The notes beneath the pieces were generated by a model. The model did not search any database, had not been told where the DNA came from, and saw only the letters and a list, made by a program, of their open reading frames with translations. This document shows positions 47,910 to 60,420 of a stretch of 64,000 bases of DNA, one piece after another. Made by a program: the position numbers and the translations under genes. The stretch is from Nemertoderma westbladi (Eukaryota > Animalia > Xenacoelomorpha): positions 1 to 64,000 of the forward strand of contig JAUCBJ010000150.1 in the NCBI GenBank assembly GCA_032718475.1. Reading direction: 5' to 3'. Numbering within the stretch: position 1 is the first letter of the stretch; every line of letters begins with the position of its first letter.

Positions 47910-48966
47910 GTAAATCAATCTATTTAATTTGTTAGAACATGTAAGCAGACTTATGGTTTTATGCGACCATACCTCAGATTGTTTAGAGTCATTAATCTAA
48001 TTTATTTGGTAGGGTCTTATAAATAATTGTGTATCAAATATTGTGGGTTTGCATCACGGGATTTCATTTGTCATTAATTTCACCAACAAGGTGTATAAAT
48101 ACATAAACAGTGACAGAAAAATATTCAAGGTACATTTAAGTACAAAAGTAGACTTTTTTGTAGAGTGATATTATTTGACGAGCGTAGCGAGACAAGTTAG
48201 AAAGCAAGACAAAAAGAAAAAATGTTACTTTTTTCCACCACTTACGTCGTTTTATTTATTGTAAGTCTTCTCTCACTTTTATCTGGGCCCATTTCAGCAT
48301 AAATCTCGTCCATCGAAGCTTCTTCCATAGTGAAATACGGGCATTACTACACCGTGGGTACTCATTGTTTGACCAATTTTTTTTTGACAAAAAAGTGCTC
48401 TTTTTTTGTCAAACTTGTTGACGACCTTGACAAAAAAGTGACTTACAACAAATAAAGTCTATATTTCTTGTTCTTCTTTCTATAATAATAAACATTATTT
48501 TGTCAGTATTGTAATTGTTTTATTGTCCTGCAGATGACCCCAGTTGACAGAAATTAATTAATTAATAGGGTGAAGTTTGTTATACAAAATCTATATATGT
48601 ACAAACTATTAACGGTGTGGAAAACATTTTTCCATCGATCTCAAGACGTATAATTGGCCGAGTCGAGATCAACTACAAATCAAGATGTCGTTTAAAATAG
48701 GTATTTTTTTTAAATTACATAATAATTATTGTAATAGGTACACCCTCAAATGGAGTAAAATTGTAGTCAAACCTACAAAATATGCACAAAGAGACAAAAG
48801 TATACTATAAATTAATTAATTTGCAAAAATAATAAAAACTAAAAAATTGCAGAGTTGTATGTAGGTGTGTTAGAGATCGAATTCCGTTGGAGTTTACAGC
48901 GGCAGTTATCGGTGTCGGTGATTATATATCATTATTAACTTGTAACTAATTATTTTTATATTATAG

Positions 48967-49060
48967 GTTTAATTATCGATGCATTTGGTGAACTTCGAGG
49001 TCAGATAGAAGCGGTCGAAAACGAGATGGAGTCGAAATGTTTTATATGTGGCATAGACAG
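48967..49060 (+). CDS. RYR: Ryanodine receptor exon
   Basis: ATAG|(G)[30 protein letters not shown](R)|GTAATG; phase 1/2. Confidence 0.96.
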
Positions 49061-49451
49061 GTAATGGGGCATGGGATTAACATTCGAATACTTAAGGGGA
49101 AGTCAATGGCAGCATTTAATGGGCTGATTATATAGAATACATCGGAATCTTATTAATTGAACATTAGTGTAGAGTTTTTTTTTATGTTGCCATTCAATAC
49201 GGAGTCCCTAAGAGGACATGAAATTCTAGCTTTTTTTATGTAGTGTTTCTCCGCTATTTCATTATTATGAGATTATTAATTTCCTAGTATCATCGCCTCT
49301 ATGCATTTCATAGCATCAGGTTCCGTAAATTCAATGTTATATACTTCCACCTCAAAAATAATATGTAGAAGGCCAAATACTGGAACGGGTCAGTGAACTC
49401 TAAAATAATGCGGAGTAGCTTTATCTCGTACCGATCGATTTATAATTGCAG

Positions 49452-49578
49452 GGAGTATTTTAACAACCAAGCTCCCCACGGATTCGAAGATCACGTATTC
49501 AAGGAACATAACTTCGCTAACTATATGTTTTTTATTCAACATCTTATTAATAAACCGGACACTGAATATACAGGACAG
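49452..49578 (+). CDS. RYR: Ryanodine receptor exon
   Basis: TGCAG|[42 protein letters not shown]|GTTAGT; phase 2/0. Confidence 0.96.
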
Positions 49579-50662
49579 GTTAGTGTATGTATTCCGGTTA
49601 AGTGTTATATATACTGCATCTATGGTCGAGCCCGGGTGTTTAAGTTTATAAATTTTGGATTTGGGGGAGATGGGTTATTCTAGGGTTGCGTTTATTCGAT
49701 TGGATTTTGTGTTGCACCGGTATATCTAGTATTATTTTACTTTATGTAGTGTATTAGCTAGCCCGGTCATTTTACTGTACTCAACAGACAATATAACGGT
49801 ATCTGTATTGACGTTGTACTGGAGTAGGAAATGTGAAAACGGGTGAGAAATAGAAATCACGTTTCATTGCTGTCAACAACGTAGCAAAGGTAATTCACTA
49901 CACTAGCAGAAAGGTCTATAAAGCTTGATGTTGTATGTATTCATGGGACATAATGCGATGTACTAACGAAGTAGGGCATCCCAAAGCGGATGTGACTGGG
50001 AGTTCAAATCATTCGTCAGTAGATGATGCAGGGGATTGTGGAGTGGGTCTATTCTGGAATCCAACTGCTTCTTCAGCCATGGACCTGATCAACTGCTTTC
50101 ACTTCAACTGTGCCGGTACAATGGCGCAGCAGTTCCCCAGACAGACCCCAAATAGCACTGCTCATACAATGGCGCAGCAGTTCCTCAGACAGACCCCAAA
50201 TAGCACTGCTCATATGGCTGATTTTGATTCATTTTAAATAGATTTAGAATCATTTGCTGCTCGGCTGCTGGGTAGGCATGCATTCTCACATTGAAGGGGG
50301 ATTTCATTGTCAGTCTGCATGAATCCTCATCCTCTCTTTAGATGTATAGCAAAATGTGCGAACCGAAATTCAGGTCCCCATTATACCTTGCGAATAGTGC
50401 TTACGGCTATTTTCAATTCCAGACAAACGGCCAGCTACTTACTCGAATGTGTGTGTCAGCCGAAAAGATTCCTGCACAGACAGGCATCTGTACTTAAATA
50501 TTGTGAAGGTAATTATTTTGTTTATTATTTTTCTTTATTTTTTTGAAACCAGAGGAGCTACACTGCTCTAAGTCTTCACTTAATCAGCCAAACGTGTTAC
50601 GAATATTCCGTTACATATATATACTGTATTTGTATTTTACTGGGTATCTTTATGTGTTTCAG

Positions 50663-50758
50663 GAAACATACGTTTGGGAATTATATCAAACTCGAAATTG
50701 GGAATTCTTTCCGGTCGGTGATTGTTTTCGCAAGCAGTATGAGTCTGAACTTACTTAA
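50663..50758 (+). CDS. RYR: Ryanodine receptor last coding exon
   Basis: TTTCAG|[31 protein letters not shown]-stop, the RyR-specific C-terminus. Confidence 0.96.
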   Translation, partial: ETYVWELYQTRNWEFFPVGDCFRKQYESELT

Positions 50759-53700
50759 CACTGAGACACTATTAGTGGTGGCGGGGGTAGCGGCTCCCAC
50801 GGATATGCCAATCTTCCAGCTTCATAAATGATAAAATTCAATGAATGCGAATACTTTACGATTGCAAAGCCAACTGTGTTGTTTGTCCTAGCGGTCGATC
50901 GATTTATCTCTCTATACATTAGTGTGATGCACCGGACTCCAAAATTAGACTTACCGAATAGACAAACTTCAACAATTTTGCAACATATGTCATACTGTAT
51001 GTCGTAAATTATATTGCAGAGTAGGTTTGCGTATAAAGTATAGTGATTGTTTGGGTGGAGCCCTACTATTACACCATGGTCCGTAATATGGTGACAGAAT
51101 TTGATTGACATTGAAGTAGAATTGACAGTGACACCCCCCCCCCCCCCCCCCCATATTTTTCTACATATTGTTCTTTATCATGTTGCTTGAAATTTTAAAA
51201 ACAACTAATTTGACCCATCTTCGGGTTTAAAGAAATAGGCAGAATTGTAGATTCGATTTTTTATATTTTTTCGGTTTTTCTTCTGTACCATTCGTATCAC
51301 ACGTATCATGGCTATTCTTCACATTATTTGCTATTAGTCTACATCATTGGTAAGCAGTTTAATTACGGGATTCCTATTCCATAAAGATATTTGAATTTTG
51401 TTGAGAAACAGTGGAGATATGAGCGTTTTGGAAATTATTTACTCTGCGAGGACCATTTAATATGCCAAACATTCACAAAGACTTACATCTTCCAAACAGC
51501 TATTTCTCAATGAAAATCAGATATTTTAACAGGTTTCGAATGATGGTAGGTAGGGCCATGTTGTTTCTAATAGCCACTAATGTGAAGGATAGGCAGGATG
51601 CGAAGGTCTAAACCGCTTGTGTAAAAGTTTCAATGACAAAATCTAAAATGATGGCTCAAATTGGAGATTGGCTGTGTATTGATTGAAGAAAATATGTCAC
51701 TTTATTACGGGTCATGATCTAATATATCGTTTGTGGTGTGCAGTATGATATTGGTTCCGTATGCTATCTCTACATTTATCATCCAACTGAAATAAATACA
51801 ACAATTATTTATTTGTATAACTTTCATTAGGTATATATTACCAATTCTAGTCCTGCAGTGTATTATATAGATGTAGAAATTTGTAGAATTTATCGTCCTG
51901 ATGTATAATTTGTTTTTTTATCATTTAACGCGGGCGTAACAATCTTCCATATTTATCCACCGTATTTATTTATATTTCCATGAAACTAGTTATTTATGTG
52001 GTGAGCGCGAATATTTATTTAACGGAAGTTAATTAATTTGCCACAACATTGTCAATCGCTCATGATTTTAATACATTTGGTATTTGATTGGACAGATAGG
52101 CCCAATTAGACAAATAATTTTTGAATAAAAGCAATAAATTAGACATGCGCATTGACCAAATCAGCATATCAACCAAATCATATTATATTTAACCATATCA
52201 ACCAAATCATATTATATTTAACCATATCAACCAAATCATATTATATTTAACCAACCATATTCAATTGAACATTAGTAATTTACTTACAGCTTGATTTTCA
52301 TTTAATATTTTAAATATAGTAGCTAATTTATCTTTTCTATTTGTGATTATGTATATTATTATCATGCACACGATGTTGTAGGGTTATTATAAGTAGGCCT
52401 ACAGTAAGTTTGACACGTTTGTATAAAGTCTCACGACAGTTTATGGCCCCGTTCACACTTCCGCTACAGTTAACTTAAAGCGGGCTTGATACTCTTCGGC
52501 ACACCGATATTGTGGCTAGGTTTGCTAAGCAAATTGGTGATCGCTTCCCGAGCTATCTTTAGAAACTAATACCACGTTCACACTACGCGAAGCTTGGGGC
52601 ATCTTGCAGGAGGGTACCGGTGCGCAGCAAACTTCGCCCAGGGCAATCTTCGCCCGATAAATAACTAAAATTGTCAAAAAATTAGAGAACTGTAACCGGG
52701 GCTATTAATTATTCTAGTTTCTAGTTTAGGTTGGAATTACATGGCACTGTAACCTGTTCCTTTGCTTTAATTAGTAATTAGCGACCAAAGATTGGTTGCA
52801 TAAAACCGACCTCAGTTCAGCTTCAATACTAACCAGTTACAGCCGCAGCTGTTTGAATGGGGCCTAGCTAACCAAACGGTAATCATTTCTAACATTTTAA
52901 GAAAAAAATTATTTTTACCAATTACTTTTAATTAACAATTGATATTTAGTAAACATATTATTTGTGATTTATTTAAATATAACCAGCACATATTTTGCAC
53001 AAATTGCTTAAATAATCGTAGTGCACTTTATGATTATACCTTAATATGTATGTGATACATTTATTATAACCTTGTTGTACAATGTATCTAGAAGTGATAG
53101 CTGTACGTGTACAACTTATAAATCAGTTTCATTTATGCAGTTGTAATTGCGATGCATATAGTGATAATTTAAGTACGAATAGGTGAGAACATACATTTTT
53201 TAAATTGGGGTTTATAATGTATACAGTGTCTCAGTTAATCTTATCGTTTCAACAATATTTTGGCACAGTATTACACTATAACTAGACCTACTGTCTGATT
53301 TAATTGGATATGTGAACGCCTATAATATGAATCAATATTATTATACTAAATATTGCCCTTATGAAACTCGTTTATTCAATTTGTGTTGGATTGTCTTCTG
53401 TTGAAGTTTTTGATACACTTGATAGATAATATGTTTCCACCACCAGAGATTATATAGTCTTTATTACAAAATTGTAACATTACTCAATGCCGTTAGTATT
53501 AATAGCGAGTTGTTATTTAGCACTTTACAACTTTAGAGGACATTACAGTATTGTGTTGTATTGGTGTATTATTATGTTGTAATGTCCCATTGGCGTGACT
53601 TTACATCACGCCGTCATGGTTACCACACTAAACAATATTTTATTTATTGTATTTATTATTAATTGCTGACAGCCAGATAGGCCTACTGCATTACCTACCA

Positions 53701-53902
53701 GTAGCTATTAATAACCAGTAGCTATAAACTATTAACATGGTTCCAAACGCCACCATAAATATAAGCTAACTTATTTATAATATAATTTATGTCATTTTTA
53801 CATTTATTTACACAGCAACTAATTTAATTTGTGCAGTTTTTCTATCACTTATAATATATATACAATCATTTCGTAATGTTACAATTTTGGAATAAAACTA
53901 CA

Positions 53903-54039
53903 TACATACTTGTTGCAAAGTACTTTACAGTGTTCTAATCCTCGTGGCTTTATTTTCACTCACTCACTAACGTTCGTTCGTGTAACAAAGCCACTCGGAT
54001 CATCACACTGTAAAGTGCTACTTTACACACAAGTATGTA
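53903..54039. mobile_element. Short palindromic MITE-like hairpin just downstream of the CD109 stop
   Basis: TACATACTTG..ACTTTACAGTG..GTGGCTTT pairs with AAAGCCAC..CACTGTAAAGT..CAAGTATGTA. Confidence 0.55.
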
Positions 54040-54116
54040 AATAGTCATTAATAAAGGCCTAAAATCTTTAAGGGCAATAAAAGAAATTGAATGTTAATAA
54101 GTATGTGTCTTGATTT

Positions 54117-57100
54117 TTACATTATCAGCAGGTATAGGAAGGTAACAGCAACCAGTCCTTGCGATGCTGTGACAGTTGTGCTGCCTCCACACATGTTTCC
54201 GCAAGTTTTGCAGATATCACATGCACTCATATCAGCCAACTTCGTCGAAGAATAAATAACTTGTTTCCTTTCTTCTGGTCGGTAATAGGTATACACTGAT
54301 GCTGAGGCTGGTTGGCTCCCCGCCACAAGACTTTCTCGTTCAATATCGAATTCCAAGCACATTTCTTCTTCGACCAATCCGTCCAAGTACAAAATCACCG
54401 CTTCCTTTTCTACATCGATCCTCTTTACAACTGAATTTTGTACATCACAATCAACACATTTAAATCCGCTGGGTACACCAATATCCATGACTACCATACC
54501 TTCATCATTGTTATTAATGCGTTTTGCGCAGGATTTTACTCTCATCTTGCTATCGGATTCCGTATTATCTAGTGATACATCAAGCTCGTAAGTTGGTTCT
54601 ACCCATTCCAAAAGGGTATTGTACATGACAACCACTTGAAGTAAAGCCCTTCCGTGTCCTTCAACTCTTATGGATATCGTATCTGTGTTGAAACTTGTAA
54701 CATCTCTACTGTGCAGCACACCGATGTTATTATTGTTAATTGTAATTTCAAATATAGAAAAATCAACCCCAGGTACTGCAGCTGTGATTGTGAGTTCGGT
54801 GTCTGTGCTGGACAGGATAGCTGAGAATTTAGCCAAGGCCTCCAGGGCAATCACAGTATTCTGTGTGTTGGTGTACCCACCCAACTCATTACGTTGGGAT
54901 GACAGCCATTTGAGCACAGGAAGACCACTATCTACATCACCAAGCTGTGCATATGTTAACAACACATATGCGGCCATTTCGATTTCCTGTGGTGGTGGAG
55001 GATGAGGGTGACTAGTATCTGCCCATACAGGGATAGCAATCTTCTTATTATCTACTGCCCAATATTTCATTCCATCTGTCTCAACAGCCACATCATCAAG
55101 TAACTGCAGCACATTCCCCACATGTGTACTGTCTTGCTTAGCCAAAGCATAACTAATAACACAAAGGCTGTATATGTCTGCTTGATTAATCTTCCCTTCC
55201 AGATAAGTGGTAGCACTGGTGATCATGTTATTGAGAATTTGTCTGTCATTATCAATGCTTAGCAGGTTTGCATCGCGAACCTCAATAAGGGCAATGGTAA
55301 TATAGGCAGTAATGGCTATGCCAGAATTGTCACTCCCAACCCCACCTTGCATATCTGTGTGGATAACCTTTCCTGGTTCACTGAATTGTCCATCTTCATG
55401 GTAATTATTTAACCATTTTATTGTATTTGCTACTAAAGCACCATCAATTGTGATGTGAGGACTTGATTGGCTGAAGACCTTCATTACAAATGCACTCAAC
55501 CAGGAGCTTCCACTGGAGTCGCTATTACCAAAAGCACTAAATGATCCATCATCTCTTTGATATATTAACTCTCTCTGGTATCCCATCTTCATATGATTTA
55601 GAGTTTTTGTATCGAGTTCTTGGGTGAGTTCATCATTACTAGTCAGGTATTCACGTACATAGACATTTGGGGCAAATGTTATCATGTTTTGTTCTCCACA
55701 TCCTGTTGGATTGGTAACCAACCGATCAATATTATTGATACTGGGTCCCATTATATCACCAATGGCAGTGACAACTATATGGGATGAATCAGGAACAGCT
55801 GATTCATGGACAGTTATATCAAAATCTTTCTCAGACGTTGCTCGCTTAGATACTTTGCTATCTGGCAAATCAACCAACCAGGAATGTGAATAGGACTGTC
55901 TAATACCTTCTGGTCTGACAATGAGCATCCGCTCTACTGCATCAGCAATCTCAGTAGTTTGGGCTGTAACTGTGATGGGAATGTGACCAACAGTATGTAA
56001 TAGCATTGGAAATCCAACCACATGACTGCTGCCTGCCTGGATTACAAGTTGGGCGGAGACATCAGAAATGTTTACCTCATTTATAATATCAAACTTATCT
56101 GATTGTTGGACTGTGACCAAAGCATTTATCATATAGTTAAAGTAATTGAATATTCTTACCTCTAGAACTAATTGCTCTCCCCTAACAACTGAGTATGGTA
56201 AATTCAAAGTGATGAAGAAATTTCGAAACGTTTCAGTCAAGGTTATCCCTTCAACTATTCCTAATCCAACATCATCAGATACAGCGAATGCTGTAGTTGC
56301 CCATGAGGTAATAGTATCGGGCATAACCTTGCTTAATGTTGCACTGCCTTGTTCATTAACTGAGACTGCCTCGAAAATGAAAGCCTCAGGAAACCATTTT
56401 CGTATTCTCTTAGGTGTCTTCAAACTCTCACCTGCTTTTGTATCACCATCATTACCTCTTTCATTTGGTGCTGGAGCACCATCAGCCATAAAAGCTACAT
56501 CCTCCAACCAGTAGTCATAATCGCGATAATAACTAAATTGACGTGGGATGTCCAAGTTTGTCATTGATACCAATCCATTGTTGTTTATTATTGCGGCAGT
56601 ATCTGAATTACCCTGTTGCCTGGGGCCAGGCCATATGCCTATCCTCTCATCACCACCATAATCGGGATAATCGTGATTGCTTGTCCCAAGTGAAAAAGGA
56701 GAAAACTGGCTTATACTGTGTTCAACTCTCTGGTGGGTGATATCATTGCCAGTTGCTAATAACAACACACTAAGGTCGACACCAAGAATGAAAACAGTAG
56801 AACCAGGGTGACTTTCAATGTCAAGTGTATTGCTTTTACCAGGTTCAATGCGTTCGGTTTTGTATTCTAAGTTTACATAATTGTTTAGAAGAGGGGTCAC
56901 AGTGAAAGGGAATGAATCAGCAACTACTTCACTGTCAGACCTAATATAGTACACTATGAGTCGAGATGATGGTGCCATTGAACTGTCTATTGGAATTGAT
57001 ATAATGTCAGAATTTATGGTAAGAGTAGTGCCTTTTCCGCTTTCAGAAGAAACAACCCCATTTCTGGAAATTATTATATAAAAAACTTCCACGTCTAATT

Positions 57101-58514
57101 CAGTTGTTTTAATTGTAAAATCGTAGGTACCAGGAATAAACTTATCCTTCTCTGACTGGATCTTTAAGAAGTTGTTGCTAGGTGAGTAGGCGTTAATTGG
57201 ATTGTGATAGGCTATGTAACTGTGTGTATCTCCCACCAATGACGCTTCTATTCTAATTGATGTTGTATCGACTGGAATTTCGGTTATAAGAACTGTTTTA
57301 GTCCCTTGAACTGGCATGGTATGAGTTTGAATGCTGACTGTATTTTGGTTCTCGGTGTCTGTGAAAGATATCTTTAGTGAGATTTCTCTTTCTATTCCAT
57401 CTCGAATTTGATTTCCATCAGGCATTTTAAGGGCGAGAACAACTTTGTGATCTAGTCCAGGTTTGAATATGTTTTCAGAAGCAGCTGTAAATTCTACTGT
57501 GTGTAGAACTGAAGTAACTATCAGATATGCTTCATCTGATAAGACTTTACCGTTCTCGGATTCACTGAGACTTGCTCGTACCAACAATGTGCTCCTATAT
57601 GACGAGATATGTTCCACAATGTCCTGTCTATAGACTGTGATTTCCCTTTTACCAGATATTGTGTCCTTATTGTTATAGAAAACATTGTTGCCACCACTAT
57701 CCATAATTTCAAATTCCATGAAACCAATAACAGGCTCACCATATGTATATTCTGCACTAACAGTAAATGTGATTTCATTGGTTGATGTGTGAACATATCC
57801 CGGGCCAACTACACTTACATTGTACCTCGGCAAAACATACTCTCCTATCTCAACGACCTGCTCTGATTGCATATTGGTATCAGATGTTGTAGCCCTGATG
57901 AGCCAATCACCGAGTAGTAATTCTGCAGCTAATGGGATGTCCACGGATACAACGCCACTTGACGATTTCCCCTTTTCTTCTTTGAACACTTTATTTCCTT
58001 TTTGGTCAAAAGCTTCTATTACAAAGTCTTCTTTGGCAGTCTTAAAATTTGTTGGGTTTATGGCGAATGCCCTGATACGAATGACCTCTCCTGGTTTGTA
58101 AATGGCTTTGTCAGTTTGAATAAATACTGACAATTGTTGAGGGTTGAACTCCAGGTCAGTAGCGTTTTCGAATCTAACAGGGGAATCACCTGATACATGG
58201 AGACTGTAAGTACCAGATTCTAAAAGATTAGGAACAATTAAGGATTCTGAAGCCACTGATCCAACTTTAATGTTAACGACTTTCGATTGGATATTATTCC
58301 CATCTTCATCCTTTAGACGTACAGTAACTAGTTCATTTTGGTTTGCAGATGATTGAGACTGAACCAATATTGAGACAGGAAATGGAAGTCCTGGTCGAAT
58401 TGCTTTTTGTGAAAGAACAATGTATCCATCTTTGTCACTCTGACTAAAACCGTGCCTCACACAGATGATAACTACCAGTATAGCAATACTAGGTAGTGAG
58501 CTTGGTTTATTCAT
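54117..58514 (-). CDS. CD109: CD109-like thioester-containing protein (A2M family), uninterrupted 1465-aa CDS
   Basis: Signal peptide, FIQTDKAIYKPG, EYVLP, RKWFPE, PDTITSW, thioester GCGEQ, His in PGKVIHTDMQGG, hydrophobic GPI-type C-terminus. Confidence 0.92.
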   Translation of the reverse strand: MNKPSSLPSIAILVVIICVRHGFSQSDKDGYIVLSQKAIRPGLPFPVSILVQSQSSANQNELVTVRLKDEDGNNIQSKVVNIKVGSVASESLIVPNLLESGTYSLHVSGDSPVRFENATDLEFNPQQLSVFIQTDKAIYKPGEVIRIRAFAINPTNFKTAKEDFVIEAFDQKGNKVFKEEKGKSSSGVVSVDIPLAAELLLGDWLIRATTSDTNMQSEQVVEIGEYVLPRYNVSVVGPGYVHTSTNEITFTVSAEYTYGEPVIGFMEFEIMDSGGNNVFYNNKDTISGKREITVYRQDIVEHISSYRSTLLVRASLSESENGKVLSDEAYLIVTSVLHTVEFTAASENIFKPGLDHKVVLALKMPDGNQIRDGIEREISLKISFTDTENQNTVSIQTHTMPVQGTKTVLITEIPVDTTSIRIEASLVGDTHSYIAYHNPINAYSPSNNFLKIQSEKDKFIPGTYDFTIKTTELDVEVFYIIISRNGVVSSESGKGTTLTINSDIISIPIDSSMAPSSRLIVYYIRSDSEVVADSFPFTVTPLLNNYVNLEYKTERIEPGKSNTLDIESHPGSTVFILGVDLSVLLLATGNDITHQRVEHSISQFSPFSLGTSNHDYPDYGGDERIGIWPGPRQQGNSDTAAIINNNGLVSMTNLDIPRQFSYYRDYDYWLEDVAFMADGAPAPNERGNDGDTKAGESLKTPKRIRKWFPEAFIFEAVSVNEQGSATLSKVMPDTITSWATTAFAVSDDVGLGIVEGITLTETFRNFFITLNLPYSVVRGEQLVLEVRIFNYFNYMINALVTVQQSDKFDIINEVNISDVSAQLVIQAGSSHVVGFPMLLHTVGHIPITVTAQTTEIADAVERMLIVRPEGIRQSYSHSWLVDLPDSKVSKRATSEKDFDITVHESAVPDSSHIVVTAIGDIMGPSINNIDRLVTNPTGCGEQNMITFAPNVYVREYLTSNDELTQELDTKTLNHMKMGYQRELIYQRDDGSFSAFGNSDSSGSSWLSAFVMKVFSQSSPHITIDGALVANTIKWLNNYHEDGQFSEPGKVIHTDMQGGVGSDNSGIAITAYITIALIEVRDANLLSIDNDRQILNNMITSATTYLEGKINQADIYSLCVISYALAKQDSTHVGNVLQLLDDVAVETDGMKYWAVDNKKIAIPVWADTSHPHPPPPQEIEMAAYVLLTYAQLGDVDSGLPVLKWLSSQRNELGGYTNTQNTVIALEALAKFSAILSSTDTELTITAAVPGVDFSIFEITINNNNIGVLHSRDVTSFNTDTISIRVEGHGRALLQVVVMYNTLLEWVEPTYELDVSLDNTESDSKMRVKSCAKRINNNDEGMVVMDIGVPSGFKCVDCDVQNSVVKRIDVEKEAVILYLDGLVEEEMCLEFDIERESLVAGSQPASASVYTYYRPEERKQVIYSSTKLADMSACDICKTCGNMCGGSTTVTASQGLVAVTFLYLLIM

Positions 58515-59169
58515 ATCAACTCTTTGGAGTATGGTAGATCCAGATCAAACCAAAGAATGAAAGATTAACTAACAAGAAGACAGTATAAAGTTATCGTAAT
58601 TGAAGTTACTACCAAAGTAATTGGCTATTCATTCTGATATATAAAAATTATATAAGCTTATGTATTACAAGCAAAATGTATAATTAGGTTTTTGTGTGCG
58701 AAAATCTTATTTTCCAAACTATTTTGTTGCTAGAAATAATTGTATAAGTAGACATAAAAATAAAGTCTTTGTGTGTCTTTAGTTAGTAAAGTGTTAATAA
58801 TTCACAAGAAGAACTTATATTACCTGTTGTTTAAAAGTAAAGTGAATAGTGAACGTGTGAAACACGAAACAACAGAGCCAACCCGAAGACTACTTCTAAG
58901 ACTACTAACTTCGACTCATGAACACTCTATATCTATCCAAACCTTTATACAAACACTATTGTGAAAGTAGTTCAGGCTCCGTATCCACTCGGACACTCCG
59001 ACATGATTTATAGACCTGTTTCAATGAAGTAATCTTTGAAGCATCGCCTCCTCTTATACTGACATGCCAAACAACTCCATTCATTAGACTGTGCCAAGAA
59101 GGCAAATTACACCGCTGTCTGTGAGGATAGGGAAAACTCTTTTACACCTCTGTTTGGGAATACTACTAC

Positions 59170-60420
59170 GATCGACAGGCTGCATTGCAGCTGCATTATA
59201 TACATGTATTAAATATATATTAAGAATGCTGTGCCGGCTTGTCGACAATATTGCACCACCACAAATCCCTATCACCCATGACATTTGCTAGATCATCCGC
59301 ATCTTCAAAGCCAGTGTTCTTTAAGATGCGTCTCAAGAAAGTCATGGGCTGTCCACCATGTTTCTTTGCTCCATGAGGCCGCCAAAGCACAAGATTATGC
59401 ACTGGCTGGTCCTCACAACGAAAGCTATGTCCTACAAAGTGGAGGTGGTTCCGTCAAGTATCAAGCTAGGGGAGACTAATGGAACACCTCCAATGTTGTA
59501 TGGAGATGTGTTCATTGTGCTTGACACAATGAACCCGGCGCAGCATTCTTGTGAAAGTGCCATCCAGACATTTGGTATCCTCTACAGTTAGAGCCCACCA
59601 TGGACTCTTTTCTTATATTATAAGAGTAGTACTGGTACTACTACTGCAATAAATAATCAAACCTTGCAAGCAAGCAAACAGTCGGCCGAAGCCGGAGGCG
59701 ACCCGAAGGCTCCTCTTTCGATAGCTTCTACCCGAGGGTAGGGGTGGGCGTTACTCCTATCCCAAGATTTGCTCCCAATTATTTAACTGGTACTCATTTT
59801 ATCTACCCCAGTGGATGAAAGGCTGAGTGAACCCTGGTGGGGCCTGAACCTACAATCAAAGATTGCAGGCCTGGCGCTCAACCAACTGAGCTACCCGCCT
59901 TGAGGTACCACTTAATTCTATAAGAACATCTAAATCCTAGACAGACTATTCAATGCTGCCCATGCCTTCCCCTTACGTATCCGTTACTTTGGGATCCATG
60001 ATCCCAAGTAGCATAAGTCATCCACGTGCTCAAGCAAGCCATCCCTGGAGCTTATGAGCTTACGATCATACATTTCTTGAGGGCTGTCAAGGTTCAGTAC
60101 CCATAAATCATCAGCAAAGTATAGATCAGTAAGGTGTTTGGCTGGATTTCCTCAACTTCTTGTGCCAGTAGGGGGTATCATCACCTCATCTTTATTAAGA
60201 TGGTCTAAAGACATACGTAGAACATGATCAACCACAATTATGAATAAGAAGGGTGCAAGTGTGTCACCATGAAGGACTCCAATAAGACTTCGAATGGATC
60301 TGTATCACCATCACCGCTCAGTTGACACAAATGTGGTGGAACCATCGTACAGTGATCTGATAGCTGCAATAATTTCCTCAGCAATCCCATATGCTGAGAA
60401 TATACTGAGCATACATGGTC
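59170..60420 (-). mobile_element. Older degenerate RTE-clade LINE fragment
   Basis: Diverged homologue of 25885-27058; interrupted by a SINE. Confidence 0.85.
59667..59899 (-). mobile_element. tRNA-derived SINE
   Basis: A-box TAGCTCAGTTGG, B-box-like GGTTCAGGCCC, central ACTCAGCCTTTCATCC..GATAAAATGAGTACC, (TTGC)n tail, CCTTG duplicated at the flanks. Confidence 0.85.

Noticed and set aside
49935-50237. 100-aa intronic ORF with a 48-bp duplication
   Set aside because: No recognisable motif and not needed for the RyR reading frame.
47666-50758. IP3 receptor as alternative identity
   Set aside because: [17 protein letters not shown] and the [10 protein letters not shown]-terminus are RyR-specific.
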